Below, in pieces: positions 51,429-60,023 of a DNA stretch of 64,000 nucleotides (position 1 is its first letter; the number at the start of each line of letters is the position of its first letter). Both the position numbers and the translations under genes were made by a program. The DNA lies in the NCBI GenBank assembly GCA_030603365.1, contig JAUVXV010000014.1, positions 59,752-123,751 on the forward strand, read 5' to 3'. The notes under the pieces are model-generated. The model had not been told where the DNA came from, did not search any database, and saw only the letters and a program-made list of their open reading frames with translations. The stretch is from Candidatus Heimdallarchaeota archaeon. Lineage in GTDB: Archaea; Asgardarchaeota; Heimdallarchaeia; Heimdallarchaeales; Heimdallarchaeaceae.

Positions 51429-52061
51429 TTATGGAAAACATTTTTTGAGTTCATTGGCATATTTCTCTGGTTCTAGTAGAATCATTACTAAAGAGAATAG
51501 ATTAACAGTTTCTCTTACTTCTTCTTGAGAACTGTCAGCGAGTATGGTTTTCAATGAATCACCATAACTAGTTACAAACTCTTTCAATTTGAGTGAGGAT
51601 ACAGAATATATATTTTGAAGTAATGCTTTAAGATCGCTGGAAGAAGGTGAATCTTCCCCGGTATGGAAGGAAACAAGAGATCGAGAGGCATCGAGTAACT
51701 CTTTACTCTCCTCAGTTTCCCAATATTTGTCTGTCATCAATACCATTGGGAACATCAATTGAGCCTTACGAGAAAACAGTTGGGTTGCAGATGTACTTCC
51801 ATAAGAAATTCTTTGTCCTGCAAGAATAACCAAATCTGCATCTTCTAATGTTTTGATATAGTTATAAATGGTAATTTCAGATTTAGGTTTAGGTATTCTT
51901 CTGTTGTATTCATAAGTTATTTCTCTAACTGTCATTGGTCCTTTTCTAAGTGTTTCTAAAAGAATAGCTAATTTGGGATCATTGTATGCTTTCAACTGTT
52001 TCTTACCCTCAATTAACATCAAAGGTTTCTGTTCAACAGTTATGTAATCGCCTAAACTCAT
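51429..52061 (-). CDS. Winged-HTH regulator W3
   Basis: DYITVEQK...GPMTVREI...KSEITIYNYIKTL...GQRISYGSTSATQLFSRKAQ. Confidence 0.75.
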   Translation of the reverse strand: MSLGDYITVEQKPLMLIEGKKQLKAYNDPKLAILLETLRKGPMTVREITYEYNRRIPKPKSEITIYNYIKTLEDADLVILAGQRISYGSTSATQLFSRKAQLMFPMVLMTDKYWETEESKELLDASRSLVSFHTGEDSPSSSDLKALLQNIYSVSSLKLKEFVTSYGDSLKTILADSSQEEVRETVNLFSLVMILLEPEKYANELKKCFP

Positions 52062-52070
52062 TTAGTCAAC

Positions 52071-52745
52071 TCACTTATCTTTTAATTTTGAAGGGAAACA
52101 CGCCTTTAATTCGTCCTTATATGATTTTGAATTAAGAACCATTATCAACATATTTAGTACAGCTGTAGTTCGTGATAGTTGCCTGAAACTTAAAGGGGAA
52201 ACAATTTTATTAATCTTATCAGAATGCTCATTAAAAATCTTGCCAACTTCAGTATGGAAATTAGAAAATATATTGTGAAATAATGCAGTTAAATTCTCCT
52301 CAGAAAGACCTTCAGAAAGAGTATAGATATTCAGCATTTGATAGATTTTCGAGATGATAGATTTCCCCTGTCCAGTCGTCCAGTATTCTTCTGTCAATAC
52401 TGAGGAATAGTATAATTTTGCTCGTTTACCATAAAGAACCTCAGTAGCAGTTTTTCCACTTATTATTCTCTGCCCAGCCTTAATTATCAAATTCTTGTTT
52501 ATCAAATCCATCAAGTAATTGTAAATACTTGTTTGTTTTTTAGGAGACTCAGCAATTCGATTATATTCGGTTACAAGTTCTTTCAGGGTTAATGGACCAT
52601 GGTTTAAAGCTTCGAAAATGGGACTGTATTTTGAATCACTGAGTAAACGATATATTCCCTCTTCTTTAATTACAAAAACTTGTTCCTGCTCTTCTGTAAT
52701 GAAGTCCTTATGAAGCATTAATTCACGTCTAAGCTCAGTGCTCAA
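52071..52745 (-). CDS. Winged-HTH regulator W4
   Basis: DFITEEQ...GPLTLKEL...TSIYNYL...GQRIISGKTATEVLYGKRAK. Confidence 0.75.
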   Translation of the reverse strand: MSTELRRELMLHKDFITEEQEQVFVIKEEGIYRLLSDSKYSPIFEALNHGPLTLKELVTEYNRIAESPKKQTSIYNYLMDLINKNLIIKAGQRIISGKTATEVLYGKRAKLYYSSVLTEEYWTTGQGKSIISKIYQMLNIYTLSEGLSEENLTALFHNIFSNFHTEVGKIFNEHSDKINKIVSPLSFRQLSRTTAVLNMLIMVLNSKSYKDELKACFPSKLKDK

Positions 52746-52812
52746 GTAGATTTCACCTACCTAAATATAAATTTATCTTTTTTTTGAAAAACAATTTATA
52801 TTTTATGATAGA

Positions 52813-52833
52813 TATTCTCATAGTGTGAGAATA
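52813..52833. promoter_or_regulatory. Perfect operator TATTCTCA-N5-TGAGAATA
   Basis: Lies downstream of TATA TTTATATT (52795-52802) of small gene C. Confidence 0.7.
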
Positions 52834-52848
52834 AGAAGGATTGAGACT

Positions 52849-53127
52849 ATGGGAATCAAACAAGAGAACATTAAGAAAAGTCCATTCCAGATAGTATATG
52901 AACTATCGAAGAAACTTAACGAAGTTGAGGAACTAACAAAAGAAAAGCTGCTGGTCATCTTTGATGAAATGGCAGAAGAATTTGCTAGTGAAAGCTATGG
53001 ATACAGGTATATGCCGGAGTTCCTGATTAATTAAAAAGATTCTTCAGAAGAAAAAAAAACCACTAAAAAAAACCCTCCAAAAGATAATATAGTTCTTAAT
53101 GGAACCTTCTGTGCACTCTCACGCTAA
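52849..53127 (+). pseudogene. Small protein C, family member interrupted by in-frame TAA at 53032-53034
   Basis: N-terminal half resembles A/B (L..IFDEMAE). The same frame continues past TAA to IVLNGTFC, matching the family C-terminus (VVGTFY, LHFGTINF). Confidence 0.5.
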
Positions 53128-53193
53128 CTAAAAATTAATTACAAATGCTGATTTGATTGCTCACCTTTTCAAATCTTCATTTTTTTTCTTCAG

Positions 53194-53832
53194 TTAGCAA
53201 CCACATTTTTCAATATCTTTTGCGAAATCATCTCTGTGTATTAGCAGAATCAAAGTTGATAACACATCAAAGATTTTGTTTACTTCTTTGAATGAAAGTC
53301 CTGAAAGAGCTTTAGTGACCTCATCATCATTTTGATCAAAGAAATTTGCCATTTCTACAGAAGAGGTTTTAGAGGTAAGAGCTAAGAGATTACTCAAATT
53401 ATTAGAATTAATTTTCTCATCACTTTTATAAAGAGAGACGAGAGTTCTAAGAGGTTCAAGTAGTTTTTTACTATTATGAGTTTTCCAATAATCATCAGCA
53501 TCAGGTAAATTCCAGAAAATTTTTGCAGTACGACCATATAGAGTTTCAGATGCAGATTGACCTTTCTTAATTCGTTTACCAACTTCAGTAACAATATCTT
53601 CACGATCTAAATCTTTGACATAACGATAGATTGTCATTTCAGATTTTGGATCTTCTGCCATGAGATTATATTTTTCAACTAACTCTTTTATAGTAAGAGG
53701 GCTTTCCCTTAGTAAGATAATAATAGGCTCAATATTAGGATCGGAAAGTTTCCTAGTTAAATCCTCATCCCTTATCACTTTTACTCCCTTTTGTTCGTAT
53801 GTTATTACATCTTGAACATCTTGTGAATTCAT
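53194..53832 (-). CDS. Winged-HTH regulator W5
   Basis: QDVITYEQK...PLTIKELV...KSEMTIYRYVKDL...GKRIKKGQSASETLYGRTAK. Confidence 0.75.
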   Translation of the reverse strand: MNSQDVQDVITYEQKGVKVIRDEDLTRKLSDPNIEPIIILLRESPLTIKELVEKYNLMAEDPKSEMTIYRYVKDLDREDIVTEVGKRIKKGQSASETLYGRTAKIFWNLPDADDYWKTHNSKKLLEPLRTLVSLYKSDEKINSNNLSNLLALTSKTSSVEMANFFDQNDDEVTKALSGLSFKEVNKIFDVLSTLILLIHRDDFAKDIEKCGC

Positions 53833-53969
53833 TGTACCACTTTAATCGCTACCATAACATGTTTTTACAAACTAATAAATGTTTTTATAAGACATGTTGT
53901 GACAATTATCATAATATGTGGCGATTGTTTCATATAGAGAAACCTTTATTAACATTAATTGGTATATTG

Positions 53970-53986
53970 TTCTTAAGCAATGAGAA
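53970..53986. promoter_or_regulatory. Operator TTCTTA-N5-TGAGAA upstream of small gene D
   Basis: TTCTTAagcaaTGAGAA, 25 nt after the start of TATA TTTATTAA (53945). Confidence 0.7.
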
Positions 53987-53998
53987 TGGTGAAAGAAA

Positions 53999-54238
53999 AT
54001 GGCATCAATAACAATATCAAAAACTCAAAAAATATCAGACTTCAGGTTTAGGAAGGAAGAATCAATCTATGAGCGCCTTCAAGGATTAATTCAAGGTGCT
54101 AAGGGATTTCATTCAGAGGACAGATTTAACTACAACGAGGAATACAGTTCAGATAAAACTATTGAACAACAACTTCAAGCTCAAAAAGACAAAGCATTAA
54201 AACAAGCTTTACTTCACTTCGGAACAATCAACTTTTAG
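53999..54238 (+). CDS. Small protein D (79 aa), partner family of the wHTH cluster
   Basis: GGTGA SD; FRFRKEESIY...FNYNEEYS...KDKALKQALLHFGT aligns with A and B. Confidence 0.7.
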   Translation: MASITISKTQKISDFRFRKEESIYERLQGLIQGAKGFHSEDRFNYNEEYSSDKTIEQQLQAQKDKALKQALLHFGTINF

Positions 54239-54308
54239 ATTCTTCCTTCTTCTTTTTCTTATTTTTAAATAATAATCATTAAATATGAACAATCATGTAT
54301 ATCGTTTA

Positions 54309-55829
54309 ATGGTTTCTCACGAATATGATTCAATTGTTATTGGAGCAGGCGTTTCGGGATTATCTTGTGCAGCTCATCTTGCTAAAGCAGGTAAGAAGGT
54401 AATTGTTCTTGAACAAAGTAAAAAACCAGGTGGTTACTGTTGTTCATATACTCGCAAAGGGTTAATCTTCGATCCTGGAGCTCATTGGATTCTTGATGGA
54501 CCAGGATTCAATGAATTACTTACTTCTTTTGGTGTTGAACCAATTGAATTTATCCAGCTTAAGGCAGTTTATCGTATTTTAGGACCAACTAAGTATGTCG
54601 ACATTCTAATGTCAACTAAAGAATTGTTTGTTAAATCTATAAGAAAGTCATTTCCTAATATCCGAGACGAATCCTTAGAGAAACTAATAGAAATCGGAAA
54701 TCTTGTTAAGTTTGAATTGGATAATATGCCAACAAATAGCATGGAGCTCATTTCTCTTTTTGGTAAAATCAAGATGGGAGTCACTATGATGCTCAAAGCA
54801 AGAAATGTGATAAAGTACAGTTCTTTAAATCTTCAAAAATTCCTGCATGAGCTTTTTCCAGGAGAAGAATACAAAGATTTACGTGCAGCTTTACATATAG
54901 CACCAGGCGAAGAAACAACAGCAATTGCTCTGTTAGTATTCTTGGCTTTTGGAATGACAGAATCAGCTTGGGGGATAAGGGGTGGAGCTCAAAGCATTCC
55001 TGATGCTTTAGTTAAAGCAGTCAAAAATAACAGGGGAAAGATTCAATTTTCTAAAAAGGTTTCTAAGATCAAGGTTCAAGATAAGAGAGTTACAGGAATT
55101 ATTCTAGAAGATAAAACAGAATATAAAGCAAATACAGTGATTGCTGCAGTAGATGCCAAACAGCTTTATAATCAATTTCTAAAAGGTGTAGAAGTCCCCA
55201 AAAAACTTATGCAAAAAATAAATGAAACAACGTTTGCAGGTTCATGGTTTAGTGTTTCTCTTGTTACAGATCTTAATCCAGCAGATTATGATTTTGATGG
55301 AACAGATGTTTTGTTCCTAAATACTAATGATGTTGTAGAGGCAGGGAAGCCAAATAATCCTGAGAAAAATGGTGTAGTAGCTAAATTTAACTCTCTCCAT
55401 GATGAATCATATCGAACTAGTAAGGCAAAAGAGAATCATCATAGTATTAACATTCTTGCTCCAGCTACATTTGGATTTCAAAATTATTGGAAAGCTGGAA
55501 AAAAACTCAAAAGAGGAGATAAGTATGAGGAATTAAAACAGAAATATGCGAAAAAACTTATTTCAAGACTAGAAGAAAGAATACCTGATTTGAGTAAGCA
55601 TATTATCCATTCTGATGTTAGTACTCCTCTGACTTATCACAGATATACACTAAATCACCATGGTTCTGGATTAGGTTGGCAAGACATGATATTATGGAAG
55701 CAACGATTGAAATTTGTCAAAGGGCTCTATCACGCTGGTATGTGGAGTTTCCCTGGACCAATGGTTGAACCATCTATAGAATCAGGAAAAAATGCTGCAG
55801 AGCTAGTTCTAAGAGATTACCCATTGTGA
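54309..55829 (+). CDS. Phytoene desaturase-like NAD(P)/FAD-dependent oxidoreductase
   Basis: IGAGVSGL, GGYCCSY...FDPGAHW, STPLT..RYT, LYHAG. Probable ATG at 54309. Confidence 0.82.
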   Translation: MVSHEYDSIVIGAGVSGLSCAAHLAKAGKKVIVLEQSKKPGGYCCSYTRKGLIFDPGAHWILDGPGFNELLTSFGVEPIEFIQLKAVYRILGPTKYVDILMSTKELFVKSIRKSFPNIRDESLEKLIEIGNLVKFELDNMPTNSMELISLFGKIKMGVTMMLKARNVIKYSSLNLQKFLHELFPGEEYKDLRAALHIAPGEETTAIALLVFLAFGMTESAWGIRGGAQSIPDALVKAVKNNRGKIQFSKKVSKIKVQDKRVTGIILEDKTEYKANTVIAAVDAKQLYNQFLKGVEVPKKLMQKINETTFAGSWFSVSLVTDLNPADYDFDGTDVLFLNTNDVVEAGKPNNPEKNGVVAKFNSLHDESYRTSKAKENHHSINILAPATFGFQNYWKAGKKLKRGDKYEELKQKYAKKLISRLEERIPDLSKHIIHSDVSTPLTYHRYTLNHHGSGLGWQDMILWKQRLKFVKGLYHAGMWSFPGPMVEPSIESGKNAAELVLRDYPL

Positions 55830-56010
55830 TCTCCCACAAGCTCAAGAAGTAAAAAATAGCTGTTCATTACTTTTTTAAAGCAGTTGAATTCGTTCTTCAC
55901 TATGGAATGGAAAGTATTCTTAAGCAAGCATTCAAAGCGTCTATTAATTTATGGTGTAACAAAATTGGAAACCAGAATGAAAAAGAAACAGGAAGTGTAA
56001 GTCAAAGAAT

Positions 56011-57021
56011 TTAATCTATGAATAAAATTCCTTCTTGAAACTCTTTGTCAACTACCTTAAAACCGTTTTTAAGATAAAGTATCTTAGCTGCATCATTTGT
56101 TGCAGTTACAGCCAACGAAATATTATTGCACTTTAATTCTTCGAAGTATTTAATTATTGTATTCCTAAACAGAACTTTTCCTAGACCCATTCCTTGATAA
56201 GCTGGATCAATTACAAAATCAGCTGTAAAACCATTTTTATCAATAGGTTCTAGATTTATTACATAACCCACTAACTCACCTTTAGTTGTTTCAACAAACA
56301 TAGATAAATCATTACTAACCTTACCATAGAATCCTGTTAGTAATTTCATCATTATTGAAATATTGTAGCTAGGAAATTTCTGGGAGAGAAGAACAACATT
56401 ATCTACAAATTTACTGTTTGAATAAACCTTATTCATTAATCTAGCTATTTTGTCTGTTGAGATTTCATGAATAGGCTTAATTCTAAACTCATAAGATTTC
56501 CTTCCTCTCTTGAGTTTGATTGTTTTATTAAACTTAAGAAAGTCATACTGAGATTTCAGAATGTTTTTCTTCTCCAAATCGTACCATTTTTGTTTATAAG
56601 TTTCTAAAGACAGGTTAAGATTCATTCTCTTGTGAGTAGTTATTTTTTCTGCTAGTTTCTCCAAATGGATATTAACAAAACCTTCTGAGTTGAAATTATG
56701 AGCATAAACAACATCGATAAACTCTGTTTTGCAGAAATTTATTAACTTGAAAAAAGCATTATTTTCTTGAAAATCGATTTCAGGTAGAAATGCTATATAC
56801 AGTAATTCTACGATTGTTGGAGCGACTTCATCTTTAACAGAAATAAGCGTACCAAGTATTTTACCTGAATTATCTAAGAATTTTAAGACAAACATCTCTG
56901 GAACGTTAACAAAACGTTCAACAATCTTCTCTGGTGTAATATTAAATAACTCTCCAAGGAAATTTGCTATATTTTCGAAGTTGTCTTCAATAACCCACTT
57001 CATCACTATCAACTTTTCCAA
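56011..57021 (-). CDS. GNAT family N-acetyltransferase
   Basis: IDPAYQGMGLGK and NDAAKILYLKNGF. Confidence 0.8.
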   Translation of the reverse strand: MEKLIVMKWVIEDNFENIANFLGELFNITPEKIVERFVNVPEMFVLKFLDNSGKILGTLISVKDEVAPTIVELLYIAFLPEIDFQENNAFFKLINFCKTEFIDVVYAHNFNSEGFVNIHLEKLAEKITTHKRMNLNLSLETYKQKWYDLEKKNILKSQYDFLKFNKTIKLKRGRKSYEFRIKPIHEISTDKIARLMNKVYSNSKFVDNVVLLSQKFPSYNISIMMKLLTGFYGKVSNDLSMFVETTKGELVGYVINLEPIDKNGFTADFVIDPAYQGMGLGKVLFRNTIIKYFEELKCNNISLAVTATNDAAKILYLKNGFKVVDKEFQEGILFID

Positions 57022-57064
57022 TATGAATTATAATGTTTTCCTTATTTTTGGGTGAAAATTAACT

Positions 57065-57856
57065 TTAATTAACTCGATTTATCAGATTTTTTAACCAATT
57101 AGGCATAATATACCCCAAATAACCAAATATTATACCAATCAGGGCAAAACACCAACCTAAATAATAGAAAGGAGTATATCCAGCAATAAAAGAACTGACA
57201 TATGTGATCAGGAGTGTATCACCAGTGAAGAAAACAAACATCAAAGGGATACAAATCCCATAAACACCAATCAGATTAAAACCTATCTTAGGGAGTCGAT
57301 CAATATTTAGTTTAGCTTCCTTGAACGCAAAAAACGTTATTAAACCATATGAAATTAAGGCCATTATTGCAATAGAAGCTATTACCAAGTTAATCGTTCT
57401 TGTTCTAATAAGGCCAAATTTCTGATCTACAAAAATCCAATAATAGATTTTTGGTAAAATTAGACCTATAATTGCTCCATTTATTAAAAAGAAAGGAAAT
57501 GCAAAATTTAATCCTTTATGAATAAAGATACTATCAACGAAAGCTACAGCAAAACAATTTGATAAAGCAATAAAAATATAGCTTATCAAAGTCGTTAAGT
57601 CTGTTATACTTAGAACTTCATAAGATATTGGAGAGAAAAAACCTACCCATCTACCTATAGCAGTACTTAAACTTGCCAGAGTAAAATTCAGAAAAGTCAA
57701 ACCAAGATATAGATTTGTTTTCTTCTTACGTTCTTGATATTTGATGAATAGAAAAATAGTTAGAACTAATAGAATTAAAGCTACTATTGTTTCAAATACA
57801 ACTGCCCCAAAAGGGATCTTATTGTTCCACCACGCCATTTTCTCACCAGAAAGCAT
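57065..57856 (-). CDS. 7-TM membrane protein
   Basis: Seven hydrophobic helices and C-terminal GYIMPNWLK; overlaps the upstream longin-like gene. Confidence 0.65.
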   Translation of the reverse strand: MLSGEKMAWWNNKIPFGAVVFETIVALILLVLTIFLFIKYQERKKKTNLYLGLTFLNFTLASLSTAIGRWVGFFSPISYEVLSITDLTTLISYIFIALSNCFAVAFVDSIFIHKGLNFAFPFFLINGAIIGLILPKIYYWIFVDQKFGLIRTRTINLVIASIAIMALISYGLITFFAFKEAKLNIDRLPKIGFNLIGVYGICIPLMFVFFTGDTLLITYVSSFIAGYTPFYYLGWCFALIGIIFGYLGYIMPNWLKNLINRVN

Positions 57857-58289
57857 CTGATATGATTTTAGTTGCTTTTCTTTGAGCTATCTCCTTATCT
57901 CCCTTCTGAATCATCGTATCAATAAATTCTCTAATTTGTTCTAGCTGTTTCTCTGTTAGAAGGTTATAATCTGATAATTTTGGAAAATTATCGTAGATTT
58001 GTTTTAAAATCTCTGCTTTTATTTCGTGCATAATATTTCGTTCTACTTCCTTAGTAGCTTTCCTAAGAAGAGCAACTGCGAAATTCTCGGATAATTCGAT
58101 AAACACTTCGAATATTTCTGTATCAACAAATTTTGGCACTCCAACATCGATTTCTTCCATTGCTGATTGAATAGCTGTCATTATTCCGCTAAAGAGAGCT
58201 TGATCTGAAAAACTGCTGTGTTCATCTCCTTTATCCACTACAACTATTGGTAAGCCTGTTCTTGAGATGATATAAACAGCTTGAATCAT
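57843..58289 (-). CDS. Longin-like domain protein
   Basis: MIQAVYIISRTGLPI...DQALFSGIMTAIQSAMEEI, a beta-beta-alpha-beta-beta-beta-alpha pattern typical of Asgard longins. Confidence 0.6.
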   Translation of the reverse strand: MIQAVYIISRTGLPIVVVDKGDEHSSFSDQALFSGIMTAIQSAMEEIDVGVPKFVDTEIFEVFIELSENFAVALLRKATKEVERNIMHEIKAEILKQIYDNFPKLSDYNLLTEKQLEQIREFIDTMIQKGDKEIAQRKATKIISDAFW

Positions 58290-58364
58290 TGATAAATGAA
58301 AAACTTGCTTAAATTTAAATGTGACGCATGAATTTTCTAAGAATATCTTCAGGAAAGTTGAGGA

Positions 58365-58589
58365 TTAGAGATTATATCCTTTGTACAAAGCTCGGAAAAC
58401 TTCCTCTTTAGAGCCACCATGCTTGCTAATGATATCAATTATAATTGCAGCAAGGAGTTGTATCTCTTCTGCAGAAAATTCTCTTTCATCCAGTTCTTCC
58501 TGCAATTTTCTTAAAGCTGTGAACTTATTTGCTTCAAAATTTATTCTCCCTTCGTACCTATCTTTAATTTCATCCATTAAGTAGCTCAT
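58365..58589 (-). CDS. Small hypothetical protein
   Basis: 74-aa helical ORF with upstream TATA-like TTTAAA. Confidence 0.5.
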   Translation of the reverse strand: MSYLMDEIKDRYEGRINFEANKFTALRKLQEELDEREFSAEEIQLLAAIIIDIISKHGGSKEEVFRALYKGYNL

Positions 58590-58716
58590 TATTAATCTGA
58601 TTGTAAAAAGTCTCGTGATTTAAAAATCTTAACTATTGAGGATAAGCAGAAATTATTATCCAAAACATTTATGAGAAAGTCTCGGTTCTGAAAATTAAAA
58701 AGAGAGAGATCAGATT

Positions 58717-59319
58717 TTGAGACTTAAAAAAAGCAGAATATTACAGGAAAGGAAAATTGTCTACTTAATATTTATTGCATTTTCTACTCTCTTAATTACT
58801 TCTGCTGTTGTTCTAGCAGATGATGATGACGATGACGATGACGATGACGATGGATTTATTGGTGGGGATGCAGCTAAGGATATTGGATACATAGCAATTG
58901 GTCTTTTTGTTGCTGGAATGATGAATGTAATAATATTATACTCTTTCAAACTGTCTAAAAGATTGTTGGGGGAAGAAGGAGTATCTGGAAAAGTTAGGAA
59001 TTTCACTAGAGAAACTTACTTAAAAACGAGAAAACCTCTTAATTGGTTGCATTACATACTAGCTTTTTCTGCTACAACCATAATTTTCCTTCATGGATTA
59101 ACATTTATCAATAAAGATGCAGAAGTTGGTGTTTTTGGATGGATAGCTATTGGAATCTTTATGTTTTATGTTGTAACCGGTCTAATAATCAAACTCAAGA
59201 TTAAACCCTTCTGGTCATCAAAAACAGCAAGAAAAGTTATAAATACACTTCACAGAAACCTGATTATCATAATAGGAGTGATAGTTGTTCACATTTTACA
59301 TATTTTGCTGGCGGATTAA
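58717..59319 (+). CDS. Membrane protein with poly-Asp tract and four TM His (cytochrome b-like)
   Basis: Signal/TM, D11 run, WLHY, FLHG, TLHR, VHILH. Confidence 0.55.
   Translation: MRLKKSRILQERKIVYLIFIAFSTLLITSAVVLADDDDDDDDDDDGFIGGDAAKDIGYIAIGLFVAGMMNVIILYSFKLSKRLLGEEGVSGKVRNFTRETYLKTRKPLNWLHYILAFSATTIIFLHGLTFINKDAEVGVFGWIAIGIFMFYVVTGLIIKLKIKPFWSSKTARKVINTLHRNLIIIIGVIVVHILHILLAD
58819..58851 (+). repeat. GAT/GAC microsatellite encoding Asp11
   Basis: gatgatgatgacgatgacgatgacgatgacgat. Confidence 0.9.
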
Positions 59320-59409
59320 TATTGAAGGCTTTTCCTTAATGATTTATCTAATTAAATCAATTTATTAGCTACTGTAAGATTTATATGCTTGAAAAACTGA
59401 ATAATTGTC

Positions 59410-59850
59410 ATGTCAGAATCGACAACAACAACAACTACAACAAAAAAAGCAACATCCCCCATTCCTTCAAGTTCGAAGGATAAATGGATATTTGCTGGTT
59501 ATTGGAATGTATTAATAGGTGCATTTATATTAATTATTCAAGGATTTCTAACATTCTTTTGGCAACTAGCTCCTGGTTTATACTTGTTCATTGGAATGAC
59601 AAACTTCTTCGTTCTATCAGGTGGAGTATGGGCTGTATGGTTTAATGCTGTAATTCAAATGCTACTAGGCTTCTTCATTTTAATTCTTATATGGGCAGCA
59701 GTACAGAAACTCTTGAAAACAGGAGTTTTAATCAAAGATACCATGTGGCTAGGAGTTGTTCTCTTGGTAATTGGTCTTTTAACCATGGGTCCAGGCGGAA
59801 TTCTTGTAATTGTAGGTGCAATATTCTACCTATTAAGCATAAAGAAATAA
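59410..59850 (+). CDS. Hypothetical membrane protein (4 TM) with N-terminal Thr run
   Basis: Hydrophobic helices; TTTTTTT. Confidence 0.65.
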   Translation: MSESTTTTTTTKKATSPIPSSSKDKWIFAGYWNVLIGAFILIIQGFLTFFWQLAPGLYLFIGMTNFFVLSGGVWAVWFNAVIQMLLGFFILILIWAAVQKLLKTGVLIKDTMWLGVVLLVIGLLTMGPGGILVIVGAIFYLLSIKK

Positions 59851-59907
59851 ATCTCAATCCACTTTTTTTTATTTTTTTCAAAGACTTTAAAATGGAATAG
59901 AGAATCT

Positions 59908-59949
59908 TTCATTTTCTACACTACTTCATTTTCTACACTACTTCATTTT
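59908..59949. repeat. 17-bp tandem direct repeat (about 2.5 copies)
   Basis: TTCATTTTCTACACTAC x2 plus TTCATTTT. Confidence 0.85.
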
Positions 59950-60023
59950 TTTAACGCAGAAGCTTTAAATACAAAATATAGCCATATTAGAGAATTAGTA
60001 ACAAATTATACAAGCGATTTAAA

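Noticed and set aside
55830-56010. Short open frames in the gap after the oxidoreductase
   Set aside because: Under 60 aa, with no motif or clear promoter; insufficient support.
59908-59949. Possible CRISPR array
   Set aside because: Repeats are contiguous with no spacers, only 17 bp, and no cas genes are present.
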